Origin: Zygnema circumcarinatum SAG 698-1b
Lineage: Eukaryota; Plantae; Zygnematophyceae
Assembly: GCA_037447605.1 (NCBI GenBank)
Contig: CM074820.1
Span: forward strand, 1,116,001-1,180,000
Length of the DNA: 64,000 bases
Reading direction: 5' to 3'
Shown here: one piece after another, positions 48,613-61,459 of the stretch
How positions within the stretch are numbered: the stretch's first letter is position 1
Layout: each line of letters starts with the position of its first letter
The notes under the pieces: model-generated
The model's database searches: none
Told to the model about the DNA's origin: nothing
Seen by the model: the letters and a program-made list of their open reading frames with translations, nothing else
Position numbers and translations under genes: made by a program

Positions 48613-51043
48613 ATGGCTGCCGCTGCTTCCCTCGTTGCAGGGCCGGGCAGCCTGGCAGCTGACCGGGGAGGAGGGTCGTCTTTATTGGAAAGTAGAGCTC
48701 ATTCAGTTGAAATATCAGCTCGCTTGAGAAAGAATTCATCGGATCGCACTTTCTACTATGAGAGCAGCCCCAGATCTAGCGATTCTCAATGGTTTGTAGG
48801 GAGTCGCCAGAGCTTAGGGTTCCGATTTGCTTACGATTTTCAAGTATTCTTCAATTGCACCTCTGATCTCGTGAAGCAAGGATCTGGAAGATTTAATACC
48901 AGCAGTTGCTTGAGCACCAATGGAGCTGTTAATGGAAGCAGGTATTCTGTTGTTCGACCGTCTGAGGAGGAGCAAGCAACTAGGTTGACTGGAAACATAA
49001 TGAGAGGAGGAGGATCTCAAAGCTGGAGAGTCGTTTCTCCAGACACAGAATCAGCTTGGCATCCAGTATCGCCGATATGGGAGGTTAGTGAGTCTTTACC
49101 ATATGCTGATTCCAAGCAACGTTTTCCACTTTTTTCCCCATGTTTTTATTCTCCTTAAGCTCGGGTATAATAATTGTCCTTTTAAGGCTAAATTTCCTGC
49201 ACAACTGTACGTACGCATCGGTTCTATTTAGCCTTAGCAGGGCTTCCCGTTGGTCTCAGCCCGCACTGAAGCACCATGTCTCGATATTATCTTGTTATGA
49301 TTCGTTTTATCAGCGCAGGTTTGAAATTGGCCGAAGGAAAAATATAAAATGTGCTTAGCATGATGGTGAAATTGGGCTTTTGTTCTTCGTATGCCAACTT
49401 ATCTCGCAAAATCCTTTCATTTAATTTAATAAGTGTCGGCTTATATTCTGTTCTATCCTTACTCATTCCTTTACAGGGAGTCGGAAGAGGCTGCAGGTAG
49501 ATGCGGAAAAAGTATTGACGAGCAGCGAGGCCGCGGATATTCTTACACCCTCTTGGCGGATGTTTCTCCTTAGTGACGGCTCTGTTACTCGCCACCTGAA
49601 CCTGCTTACAGGACGCCAGATTACAGTTGACTGCGTGGAAATGCGCCATATTGGCGAAAGCTTAGACGGCTTACCCGCCGAAGTTGCTTTGATTCCTGGA
49701 CCTCGGCTTCAACGACAGGTATTCTTTTTCTAATCTTGCTTGAGACACCTGCACTATCAAAAGCTTTATAGTGGGGAATTCTTGTCCTCTGGATTGAGCT
49801 GCTTGACTACAACGTAGGGTATGATAGTGTGGTCCATGCGCCCTTTCGCTTGATTTGGCCCTCTAAAACTTACTGTAGCTAACTTCAGACTTCAGAACTT
49901 CAGAACTTCAGATTTTGCGGCCATGTGGTCCACCTCAAACTAGACAGAGTTTTGCTGATAAAAAGCCTGCAAGGCTTTTTAGGAGTTTCTTGCTAATTCT
50001 GTTTCCTTAGTCTCGGCTAAAGTGGTGGCTTCTAATTTGCCAACTACTGAACCGCGGGCTTTAGATTTGCTATTTTTTGTTTAAATTCTTAACAAGCGTG
50101 TGCTTTCTGGATTATTCTCAACAGCTTCTGTCCCCAGTTCGCCCCAGGTTTGCTAGCTTCAAATTTTTTTATTCTATTTTAGGAAAAGTGTTTATGCTTC
50201 TTACTGAGTAGTTGATTTGGATGGGTGAAAATGCTGAAGACTTGCCGAGTATTCCCTTTAATCGTGTTGCAGGTGTACCTGCGCACTGTGGAAGGTGAAG
50301 TTTTGGTTTATGCTGCTTCGTGGTGGGCTGCTGGAGAAGTCAGAGGGCATTTGAAGGAGGAGCAAGAGTCTATGTGGATGAACTTTACTCGCCAACGAAC
50401 TGAGCTCTACCGCGCCGTGAAATGGCTCTATTTGGGCCATTCTTTCGCATTGGAAAAGTGAGCTCAAACTTCCTCCAATTATTTGTGCTGCCTTAAGTTG
50501 ACACTGTGCACTGAGACTGACATCCCTTTCTCTCACTCTCTCTCTTTTTCTGCCTTTGTCTCTCTCACACACAACAAAATGTGCTATTGCCTCATTCAAA
50601 TGAACGTAATATGCTTTCCTAGACGACCTCATGTTCGTTCTTTTGCTATGGACTTCTAAGGATGCATAAAAATCCGTTCATCTCTTGTTGATCTCCATGT
50701 CTGCATTGCGCTTGTGCTCCACCTTTTTTTCCTTTCTCCCTGTGGGACCAAGGCAGCATCTGCTGCTCTTGGATTCATTTGCTCCTCCCTTTCCCTCTGC
50801 TGTTCTAAATGGCCACCCTTGGTCCTCATATATATCTCAATTTTCAGCCATTCCTTACATCCGTGAGTGCGAATCTACTCGTGCAGATCATTTGGTGTGA
50901 AGGGTCCGTTTTGGGCCCGCTATTACTTGTTCTACCACAAAGGGCGGCCTCTGACCCTCATATATGAAGTGTTTTCGAGCAAGTTGGAAAAATTCTTGGG
51001 CCCCGCTAAGCAGGTGGCAGACAGAAATGTAGAGGGACTGTGA
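48613..51043 (+). CDS. ycf21: Ycf21/DUF98 chorismate pyruvate-lyase (UbiC)-like protein with a long N-terminal extension
   Basis: Exons from 48613, ~49497, ~50273 and ~50888 join in frame: WHPVSPIWE, WRMFLLSDGSVTRHLNLLTG, RQ-VYLRT...LVYAASWW, GPFWARYYLFYHKGRPLTLIYEVFS; stop at 51041-51043. Confidence 0.85.
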
Positions 51044-52007
51044 CTAATGGCTGACATCCGCGGAGGGGCGAACAGGTAGGAGTAGGAGACAACGTGGAGC
51101 AAAAGGGAAGGAGCTAAGCAGGGCATTGGGCTCACCGAAGTCAGCAATTGGGTTGTACATTTTTCTAGAAAGGAATAAAAAGAATAAACAAGTTGTGACA
51201 TAGAATAAGGGAGAATTCAAATGCTATTGCGGTTTCTTACGTATTTAAGCATACTCACATTCATGTAAATTCTTGAAGCTATTAATTCTGTCGGTGTACG
51301 GATCTCTGTACGGCCTACTGTGTGGGATTTGGCGAATCGAAGTGTGGGATATTTTGTATTCTACCTATTATTGTGCGCTTATGGTGGGGCCGGGAGGCGC
51401 GGCATGCCACCCATTGGCTGAGTCGAAGGAGCAGTCAATCCGGGGTCGCAATAAGGCCGCAATGTGGCGGTTAGAGGCACTATGCAAGCTCCTTACGGCG
51501 CATAGGCTCAAATAAGAATTAGGGTTAAGGTAGAACTTACCCCTTTTGTTTGCTCTTGTGCAGTCAGCTCTTGTGAAGGCTAAGTGGAGGTGGTGAGGAG
51601 TTGGGATAGGTTGAGATTGTTATTTAGCATTCGAAGGGTTTAGGTGATAGAGTAAGGTTGCGTGTTTAACTTATCACTTGTAACCACCTCTAGATTTCCA
51701 TTAATGAAATTTTAGGTTGCAATCTTTCTCCAAAATATTTGCAGTGGGTGCTTGTTTCTTTGCATGTCAACTATGAATAGAGGGAATGAGAAAACATCAG
51801 CAGGGAAAACTAACACTAATAAATTCAATTGCTAGGGATGGATGAAAGGGATGATTGGCGTGACTGGACAAGTTGCGGTTGGTGAGGGGGTCGGACCGAA
51901 TGCTTGAACGAGCTTTAGCTTTCCTGTGCACTTTCCTTCAAACTGTGCGCTGAAATGGCGCATATGGAAATTGAACGGTGAGTCGACAATTCAAAGGAGA
52001 AAGGGAT

Positions 52008-52082
52008 GTGGCATTGATCTCACGATGGCGACGATGCCATCACATGTACATGTACAAAAGCAGCAGCATGGGGAACCACGAG
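52008..52082 (+). repeat. ~70-bp dispersed repeat, copy B
   Basis: GTGGCATTGATCTCACGATGGCGACGATGCCATCACATGTACATGTACAAAAGCAGCAGCATGGGGAACCACGAG. Confidence 0.75.
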
Positions 52083-53385
52083 AAACTGGGCGCAAAGGAC
52101 CTAAGGACAGAAAAAAAAAGCCTCTGAGCGAAAAGCTACGCCTAGTCAACAATTCAAAGCATTTCTGTGCTGCATCAACTGAAGCCAGGAATATCGATGT
52201 GAAGGGACTGTGGTGCCACTACAAGAGGGGAGAGAGAGAGAGAAAGAGAGAGCGTGATGCATGCTTGGCCTGCAATGCCACGTGTCGCTACGAAAAAAGA
52301 GGGAGATGGAGCAGCACACAGGGTAGCAACACGTGGCATTGCCAGGCCAAGCATGCACTCCCTGTCGGGCCTCTGCCAAGTCGGGTCGGGTCGGGTCGGG
52401 TCAACGGACTCACCGCGGGATGCCGTTTGACCGAATACTGTACAGTACTGTACCCTTCCGCCCGTAAGCAGATATCGTACGGAGACGCGTAAGTTAGCTC
52501 CTATCATACCGTACGGAAGTACAGCTTTCGTACAATGCAGTAAGAAGGGTGACCAACTTTGTAATTTATTTTTCCAATTTTTTTTTTTAAGCGCACGTCG
52601 CGCGCGCCTCCTTGGCGCCATTTTTTGGGTCAAACGACGGCGGTCAACGAGCCGAGGAGCCGCGTTTTGCGGAGGTGACCGTTGTGGGCCTTGCAGGGAG
52701 GGAGGGAGGGAGCGGTCCTGCAGCGCCGTCCTCTCCGCCAGTCCCTGCTGGAGCCAGCAGGAGCCAGCTCTCCATGGCAGCCCGACTCCTTGGCATGTGC
52801 TGCAAAGCTCTTTTTTAAGTAGGAAGTTGGATCGCACGTGTGTTTGTTCAGGGGCTGGCGTTGGTAGGGCGGGTAGGGAGGGGCAGGGGAGTGATCTTGC
52901 TGCTTGCTGGAAAGCTTGCAGGAAGTGATCAGATAAGAGATCTTTGCTGAAGCTAGTAAGTTCTCAGAACCTTGAGTGCGTATTTTGTCTATTGATGAAG
53001 GATAACGACAGAAGAATTGCACAGTGCAATTGTTCATACAGCAGAAATCGATTCGAGACTTTTCTGTTTAATTGCGAAAAAGATTGCTTATGCGGTTGAC
53101 GTACAGTCACTTACGAAGCAGCAAGCAGTAGAAGGAGCTGTGTCCATTTTCATTTGACACGCTATCGGGTGGATGTATGCAAAATTTTCATTACGTTTCT
53201 TGCTAGTGGCTGCTCACTGACTGGGATTATTGTACTCTTTTTGCTCTGGTTATGCTAAATTGCTTACTTGCATGCAAATTTTGGCGCAATGCAGAAATTT
53301 TGACGAGGCGTGCATTTTCCTGAAGAAAATCTGAAAAAAATTGTGCTGCTGAAGAACATATTAAGACGAGCATATAGAAAGGAAA

Positions 53386-54926
53386 ATGGTCTTCTCTAAA
53401 CCTACGCTCAAGGTCGGAACACCTGCCGAGAATGCTAATGGCTCGCTAGGAAAGTACAGATTCAGGTCCAGAGACTTCAAGGATGGCTTCATGAACACTG
53501 ACGTGGAGAGCAAGAGGATGGAGATGGGCAGCTCCAGGAGGAGTCCTGCAAGGCTCGGGTCTCCTCTTAGCCCCTCAGACTGCTCATCACCCTCTGATGC
53601 ATATGAGCAGCAAGAGCAGAGCTACTCCCCTAATAAACCACCTTGGTCAGATAGAACTTCTCCAAGCTCTCCACTCAGCTCTGGAGGAGGCAGTCCACAT
53701 AGTCAGGAGGGGAGTGGGAGTAGGGGCTTTGCTGTGGGAGACACTCCACGACAGAACTCGGCGGGTCGACAGAAGCAGTTTGTCGCAGCCGCTGAGGTTG
53801 AAGAAAATCTGAACAGGGAGTTCCCTGCGGAACTCTCGTTTGGAGAAGAGGATGATTACTCGCGTAAACATCAAGCTTTGATCGACGCGCAGAAACGGAG
53901 AAGGCAATCTTTAGGTAAGCTAGACGACAATAAGGAGGACGATGAGGATGAGGACCAGGAAAAGTCGCAAAGATTCCACTGGAAATGGCGAGGTGGGGGT
54001 CGTTTCAACAATCGCAGCCCGAGAGCTGCAAGCAACCGCAAGAAAGATAGCCCTGAAAATCCATTATTCAGACCTCAAGGCGCGTGGGAGTCGTCCCCGG
54101 AAAGTCCAGTGCTGGTATGATCTTATCCTCTACCTTGATAGCAACACTCACTTAACGTTATGTAGGGTGGCTCATCGAACGCACCGGTCATATCCATACC
54201 AGGTTCTACGTTCTTGCCGCTTTCAATAACATAGGAACAGTTAGCATGTATTTCAGAGTTCATGGTAAGTCAGCTTCTCTGTGCAAGTGGAGCTAAATCG
54301 CGTAATTCTTCAGGCACCACATGTTTGAGCTGTTGGGTAGATGCCAACTGTGCCCTTCAGCAGGTGAAACTCAGGCACTTATTCTTATTCCTTGGCTTTT
54401 GCAGGATCTATCAACTTCCAGCACACCTGAACCACTAATGGATTCGAATAGGAGGAGATCATCGACTCCACCCCTCTCTCCTAGTGCTCCGCCATTGTTT
54501 GATTCTTTTAGAGAGGGGGCCAACCCAGACGATGCAGCTGGAATGTCCCCTCTTCCAAGCACGCGACATTTTAAAGCCTCCACATGGGGAGCAACCCGCG
54601 GCACTGCACTTAAGGAGGGTGGACGATGGCCACTGGCCAGCCCCATGCAGCAGTCTCCCGAAAATAGTCCACAAAGGTACTTCTGTGACATGCACTTCTT
54701 ATGGACTCGCCCTATCAAAGTTAACATGTAAACAAGGGTGCAGACGGTGGGTATAAAGCTATGCCATTCTTAGATATTCATAAGTTTAGCATGAGTATTG
54801 TTTAATAAGAAGGTTCTGAGGAAGAACCATTCTGTCGAGCAGACAGAAGACCTTTATGTCATTGTACAAGGTCGCTCGAAAGGTTTCAATTTGGGCGTAC
54901 TTTTTGGTGAAGTGGTAGGCTGACAG

Positions 54927-54997
<71 letters not shown>

Positions 54998-57900
54998 AGC
55001 GGCAGGTCCGGAGTTGGAGAAGCCTTTCAGCAGCCCCAAGCTTCAACTTGGCAAGATGTTGCCCCTCCGTCCTCTGCTGGACGCTCGCCTTTCATATACA
55101 GCACGTAAGTGCAGTGTGCCTGCTTGAAGGCCAAGGACAAAGTACTATATTCAAGGGAAATGTCGCATTGCTTGAGTGAATTGAGTGTGATGCCTTGCAA
55201 AGCAATTTTGTTCAGTCGCGTGCACTGCTCTGTGTTGAGACCTGAAAGTGGACAAAAGTGATGAAGCTGCTCATGTGGCTCCGATTTTGATTTTGATTTT
55301 GATTTTGATTTTGATTTTGATTTTGACTTTGATTTTGATTTTGATTTTGGCAGCGGTTCAGAGGCGTGGCCCGCGCTTGTAACGTACGATGCATGCGTGA
55401 GAGTCTGCCTTGATGCTGCCGAACAGGGGGTGGTGGAAGCACTTCAGTTTTTAAAAAGTGGAGCATTGGAACTCCGTGTTGGATTTGGGTGAGTGCGCCA
55501 CTTGTTATGAACAACATGAATGCTGGAGATTTAGACATGCTCGACTTCCTTTCCTTGGATTGAGAAGATGCACTGTTGGGGAGTTACTGACTGAAGTGGT
55601 TCATCGTGAATGCATGCTCGGGCAGGCTGCAACAGGTGCTATTGCAGCCGGTTCGAAATAGTCCAAGCGGAGCAAAAGAAGCATGGGAAAAACCTTCTGT
55701 AAAGTCGCGCTCCCGAAAACGCAATGGAGGGGTATTAGAACTGCAAGGTACGTTCACATCAACAAAACATGGACACGAGTAAGCACGCCATGGATACAGC
55801 TTAATACATCTTGAGTTCTACAATGTTGAATGTATCATTCATGTGTCTACCATGTCAGTTCTGCTCTCAACAATTAGACGGGTGGCTTGGATGGAGCAGT
55901 GAAGAGAGTAAAGCTGAACAAGAGTCAAGGAGGATCGCCAAATGTGAAAGCGGGAGGCAAAGGCTCAGTCGCGTGGCTAACCACCCGCATGGCATCTTTG
56001 CGATCAGGGCCTATGGATTTATCTCAAGGTGAGCAGTCACCCTACTTTATCCTCGAGAACTTGATAGAAACATACGTGAACCAGGAGCAAAAGCCACTTA
56101 CAATGCTCAGGAGAGTAATGCCATGTCAGCTGAGAGAAGCACGAACTCTGGAGGAAGCTCAAAGTTGTAACGAGTTTCATGTGCGTTACAACTCTGCCTA
56201 TAAGTAGGGAATCTCCCACAGCTTTATTATCTAATGGTGTGATGTGGATGGCAGAAGGATTGGTCTGCATGGTACGCTTGAAGAGTATGGCCGCGGAGGC
56301 TGCACAAAGGGCAGTGCTTGGAAGCGCTCAAGCGCTTGTACTGTAAGTGAATTCGCTCCCCTACAGCAAACTACTCCAACTACTCCCCTACTGCAAACTT
56401 TCAAATGGCGATCCTGAGTTCATGGACAATTCAATTCCATTCTGTGCGGTCATCTTTAACTTCCCCTCGGAAATTTGGCATACAGACATCCGGAAAATGG
56501 CAATGACGAGCTGGTGGTGGAGGTGTGGGATAGCCGCGGCTTCCGGGGGGGGACAGCTGTCCCAATAGCAAATGTGGATAATGACTTGGTAGGAGATTCA
56601 TGTCATAGCATGCCTCCATTGACACCGATGAAGCACCTTCTCGTTTCACCTCCTCCACCTCCACCTCCCTCTCCACTTTTCCCGCAGCTTCTTGCGGTGA
56701 ATATGCACGGTGCCTGTCTGAATTATGGCTTATGTGAGGGCGCAGGGGATGGAGAACATGAAGTGGTTGCCTTTATCGTGCGAAGGAGAGAGTGAGCCTG
56801 TAGGGAAGGTACAACTGGCCTTGTGCTACTTCCCCACTGGAAGTGGTCCTAGAAAGGTGAGCCCATTTGTCGCAAAACAAAAAGGTTTGTTATAAACTCA
56901 AAATAAACGTAAAAATCATCGAAAGTCTTATGAAACTGGTTGACTTTTGCAGGGAGAGGTGGTCGGTGAAACTTTGGCATTTGACACACTCCTTGAGGTG
57001 GCTCTCCGAGAAAACAATTTTCAGAGCCGGCAGCTCCATCTGCAGGGCCCTTGGCATTGGCTGCTCACTATGTTTGCGGACACATATGGGGTATCTCAAT
57101 CATATCAGAGCTTAAGGTGGGTGCTTCACACTCCGCTGTATGTGGCTGAATGTGAATCACAGGTAGTGTGTGAAGAAAGAACAGTGGAGTTTCAAGTGAA
57201 TGTGTTGACAGAAAAAAGTGCTTCCGGAGTTCACATATGGGAGGCTGCTGATGCAGATACCTTGTACATATAATGGAGGTGGCAACACCGACGGAAGATT
57301 GTCTGCTGCTTGTGAATGAGCTGTTGGAGCCTGCCCTCAAGCTGAGAGACACTCTCACTAGGCAAGAGGTGGGAGAGGCTGTGCCGATCTTTCTCATGCC
57401 TGTCCCTCAACAAGACAACTGCATGCTTTATACACCCTCACCCAGCATCATCAATAATCACACTAGTTCAAAAGAAACTCGTTTCTAGCAGAATCATGTA
57501 ACCATTTCGGACTTCAAACTTGAACCACGAAACCCACGAAACATGAGTGGTTTGTATCCGTCTGCCAAAGTTGACTCAATCGGGTTTCCTCCCATCTGCA
57601 GAAGCGGCTGCTTCAAGATGTGGAGCAGAAGGCAGCCCACCTTTTGGCAGACACTTTTGAGCAGTACAAACACTTGGACGAGTCGGCCCCCTCCGGTGTG
57701 GCAGATGCCCCTTTGGTTGCTCCCCAAACGGTCGCAGCTCCCGCCCTAATTCCGGCAGTGCATCTCTTCTCTCTATTGCACGACGTGCTTTCGCCAGAGT
57801 CTCAGACTCTCCTCAGGGGATACTTCCAGGTTGGCATATTCTCCACTCTCGCCTGGCAATCATATCACTTGTTTTTATCGTTATTCTGCGACGGTGAGGC

Positions 57901-60561
57901 CGAGAAGGAGGTTAAGGAACGGTTGTGATTGTGAAGTCGTGGTGTTTTGATAAATGAAGGCTTGGAAAAAGTTATGAGGAAGAAGTGAAAGTGTTTTTTT
58001 GTTGGCTGAATTGCATTCGGTTTGGTTGCTCCGTTACAGGTCGCAGCTAGGAAACGGTGTAGGTGGTATTTGGCAGACACGGATGATGTGGTGGGTTCGC
58101 CAGAAGAAGCAGCCATGGATGCCGCTGCGAGAGACTCTGCTTACGCTCGCATGCGGGCAACCTGTCTTGCAGTATCTGCTGAAGTACGGACAGACCTGAG
58201 ACTCCACGAGCAGCACATCTTTCCAAGGTATGGGACTCCTGCACATGCGTAAAACAGCACCAAAAACTTGACTTTCAGCCGAAATTTAGCTTAGGATACC
58301 GGCAGCTACTGGGTGATCTAACTCAAGAACTCAAAAAACTTTCAAATGCAATGATTCTTTGATTAACTTGCCCTTTTCTTTGCTCTTTTGTTTGTTTAAC
58401 TCTGCAGCTTTCTCCATCTGCCTACGATCACGGCTGAGGTCTACACAGAAGAGCTGAACACCCGTTTGAGAGCATTTCTCCGTGCATTGCCGCCCAGTAG
58501 CCCCACTCCGCCTGTAGCAGACCTTCTGCATGCTGCAGCCGATCTTGAGCTTGATCTTGCTCAATGGGGTATAAGGTACAATCTCTACACTTCCCTTCTT
58601 CCACCTCGGAGCCTTTCTTTAACACGAGAGTTTTACTTCCCAGCTTTTTCCTAACCATAGCAGAGGAGCACTTTACAGGCCCACTCCTGGAGTTGATACG
58701 AGAGAGCTTTTCTGCCCTTATCTTGAGGCTTGGATTCGAGATGTACGGATGCAGCTTCTTGAGCTTTGCAGATCCACCAAGGTATGTATGGCCATGACCT
58801 GCTTGTTCGAACGATCGCTGCAATATGGTGCATCGTCAAGAGGGGGGAAGGAGGGAGAGAGGGAGAGAGAGAATATAAGAGAGGGTGGGTGAGTGGGCGC
58901 AGTGGCAAGGCCGGTGGATGCCTGGGAAGGCTGAGAGGTTGTCTCGCTCTCCCTTCGTGGAGGAGATGTATGAGCAGCTTTTCCAGACTTTGGCGCTCTA
59001 TGATGGGATCATGAGCAGATGGCCAGACCATGCAGCGACTCTTGAGATGGTACTTTTGGCATCAAAACTTGTCCGCATCCCACTGCAGGCTTTCAGTGTT
59101 CACCATTTCTTCGTTCAGTTCAGTGCCATCAGACATGTGATATGTGTGTGATCGTAGCAACGAACAGAGATGTCTGAAGCTTCTTGGTGCAGTGTGTTGT
59201 TATGTGTTGGGTTAGCCAACTCAAAGGCTAACTTAACCGCGAAGAGCCATCTCGTCTCTTTCTAGAGTGCAACAACCTATAAGTGTGTAGTTAAGGCGAC
59301 CAAAAGAACAAACTAGAGTGCTGTGATGACAACTTTCCGCCGTTCATGCTTTCCAACCTCTCTATCACGGACCCACCATACCTTCACTCTATCTTAAGAA
59401 AACGTCATTCGCCGTTTTTGCGTTTTCCAGGCGATATGTGACGTCGAAAGAGGAATCATGGGAACCCTTGAAAAAGCCTTTGCAGAGCAAATAGCCCCTG
59501 TGCAAGAAGCAATGGGAGCTGCAAAGAAGTTCACTCTCCATGGCTTGGGTGCAAAACTCGGCCGGCGGAACAGCCGACCGCATTACTTAGTCGCCCCTCA
59601 GCTCGGTGTGCTGCTAAACACCATAAAGTGGCTGCTGGAGACAAGGAGGCCGCGCATGGAAGCGCAGATGAGGCAATGGTTGGCAAGTTTGCCATCCGAA
59701 GGGGGGAACGGGCAAGCAGTGTTTGGAGAGAGGTTGCGGGAGGTGGCAGTAGAGCTGCGGACCAAATACAAAAACATACTTGAGGCTATCGTCGACAAAC
59801 TCTGCGAAAATGTATGTTTCTCTATTCACATGGTTGACAGGAAACAACCTCTCCTTCTTTCGTGTATTTAGGATGGTCAGTTTATGAGCACGTGGGTCCA
59901 TGTGGGGTGAGTCTTCTGCTTCAAGTTTCAAGTTTTTGTTTTTTTAAACAGCGAAGAGTCTCCTTCCGTCTTGCAGCACTTTTGCATGTAAACCCGCGGA
60001 AGTGATGATGCCAATGATATGTGGGTTGATGCAGACTCATCTAGCACGGACAACACATCTGAAACGAATCTTAGAGGACACAAAGGAGAAGAGTTCGGAC
60101 GACATGAGTCGGCGCATGCAGGATTTGACCACTCTCCTTGCGGATATGCTCGTACAGCTCGATGATGTGCTGGGAGGAAGAGTCTTTGTAGGCGCTGCTA
60201 GAGGGCTTTGGGACAGACAGGCAAGGGAAGTTCTACACTTCCTTGTAAGCAGAAAAGAAAATGTCTCCTGGTACAAGGGCTCCTCTGCAGGAATCGCTCT
60301 GCAGGTGACAATTTCATCCTTCATCCTCTCACAGCTTTCGTTGGCCTTCATTGTCTCTGCCGCCGACTCACTTTGCTAGCATGTAATGTCCAATGTCCGA
60401 TGCAGATTCTGGACCATATGTTCACTGCTCAGCTCCAAGTATTGCACGGGCATGCCCTGCAAGAGAAGGATTTGGAGCCACCCCACTCTGTCATGGAAGC
60501 ACGGACACTGCTCGCACGCGACGGCCCAAATTCTGGACTTGACACTTATTCCTTCTTCTAA
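53386..60561 (+). CDS. Plant-specific large uncharacterised protein of the At4g24610/At5g65440/At5g48310 family (C2-like and helical Munc13-homology-like regions)
   Basis: ETLAFDTLLEVALRENNFQSRQLHLQGPWHWLLTMFADTYGVS; ATPTEDCLLLVNELL; FLRALPPSSPTPPVADLL; FVGAARGLWDR; C-terminal QILDHMFTAQLQ...EKDLEPPHSVMEAR; stop at 60561. Family recalled from motifs. Confidence 0.8.
54929..54994. repeat. (TC)n microsatellite, intronic
   Basis: Perfect TC run of 66 bp. Confidence 0.95.
55283..55348. repeat. (GATTTT)n hexanucleotide repeat, intronic
   Basis: 11 units, one of them the variant GACTTT. Confidence 0.95.
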
Positions 60562-61459
60562 AAAATGTGCTGACTTACTACACAATGGCCAGACCTTGTC
60601 CAAGCTTTAATGCGTTCGGAGGACAGGGATCGGCAGGGTCAGAGGGAATGGGGGATTTGGGGAGGAAGGGAGGGGGTGTAGGAGGCGGGTGAAGTTCCAA
60701 TAGGAAGTTTGAAAAGTGATGGAGATTTGTTGATTAGTGATTGTTGTGATTCCTTTGGGGGTTCGGTTCTAGTTTTCATGGGGAATTCTTATTTGGGTAC
60801 TTAGTTTTAAGGTTTTAGTTTATTTGTACATGAGCAGCTCCTGTTTGAAGCTTGCAGGTTCGAATATTTTCTGTGCCTGCTTGACAGGAGCCAAAGTTAA
60901 TAATGTATTTATCATTTCAACCCTTTTGTGTTGGGGGCCCAGACAAGGACGTTAGCTCATTCCTCTCTGAAATGACAGATGAATTAGCTTTAATCTCATG
61001 ATGGCGACGCTAGCGAATGTCCCTGGACACAGACATAATGTAAAACCACTGCGAGCCGGTCACAAATGACCTCCCAAATGGCCTTTTAAAACGTAATTTT
61101 GTTCCTCCAAATGCCTTCATCCGTCCCTTGCACGCGAGCCCTGACTCTTTCTGGCGATCAGAGTAAGGGAGACGTCAAATCACACCGAATGCACGAGGGA
61201 GGGAGGGAGGGAGGGAGGGATGTCAGAACGAGGAAGGATAAAACGAGAGTGACATTGAAAGCACTTAAGCAAAAATGCCAACCGACCAACCGGACAATTG
61301 CTTCCATGTCGCCCGAAAATTCTCAATTCCATGACGACCATGAATCCCTCTCAGGTGACTTTCAGGCAATCCTCCAAACCCTAGAAATCAGCTGCAGCAC
61401 CTGGGAAACTGTCAAGGAAGGAAAGGGAAAGATAAGGGGAAGGGGAAGGGGAGGCCGCC

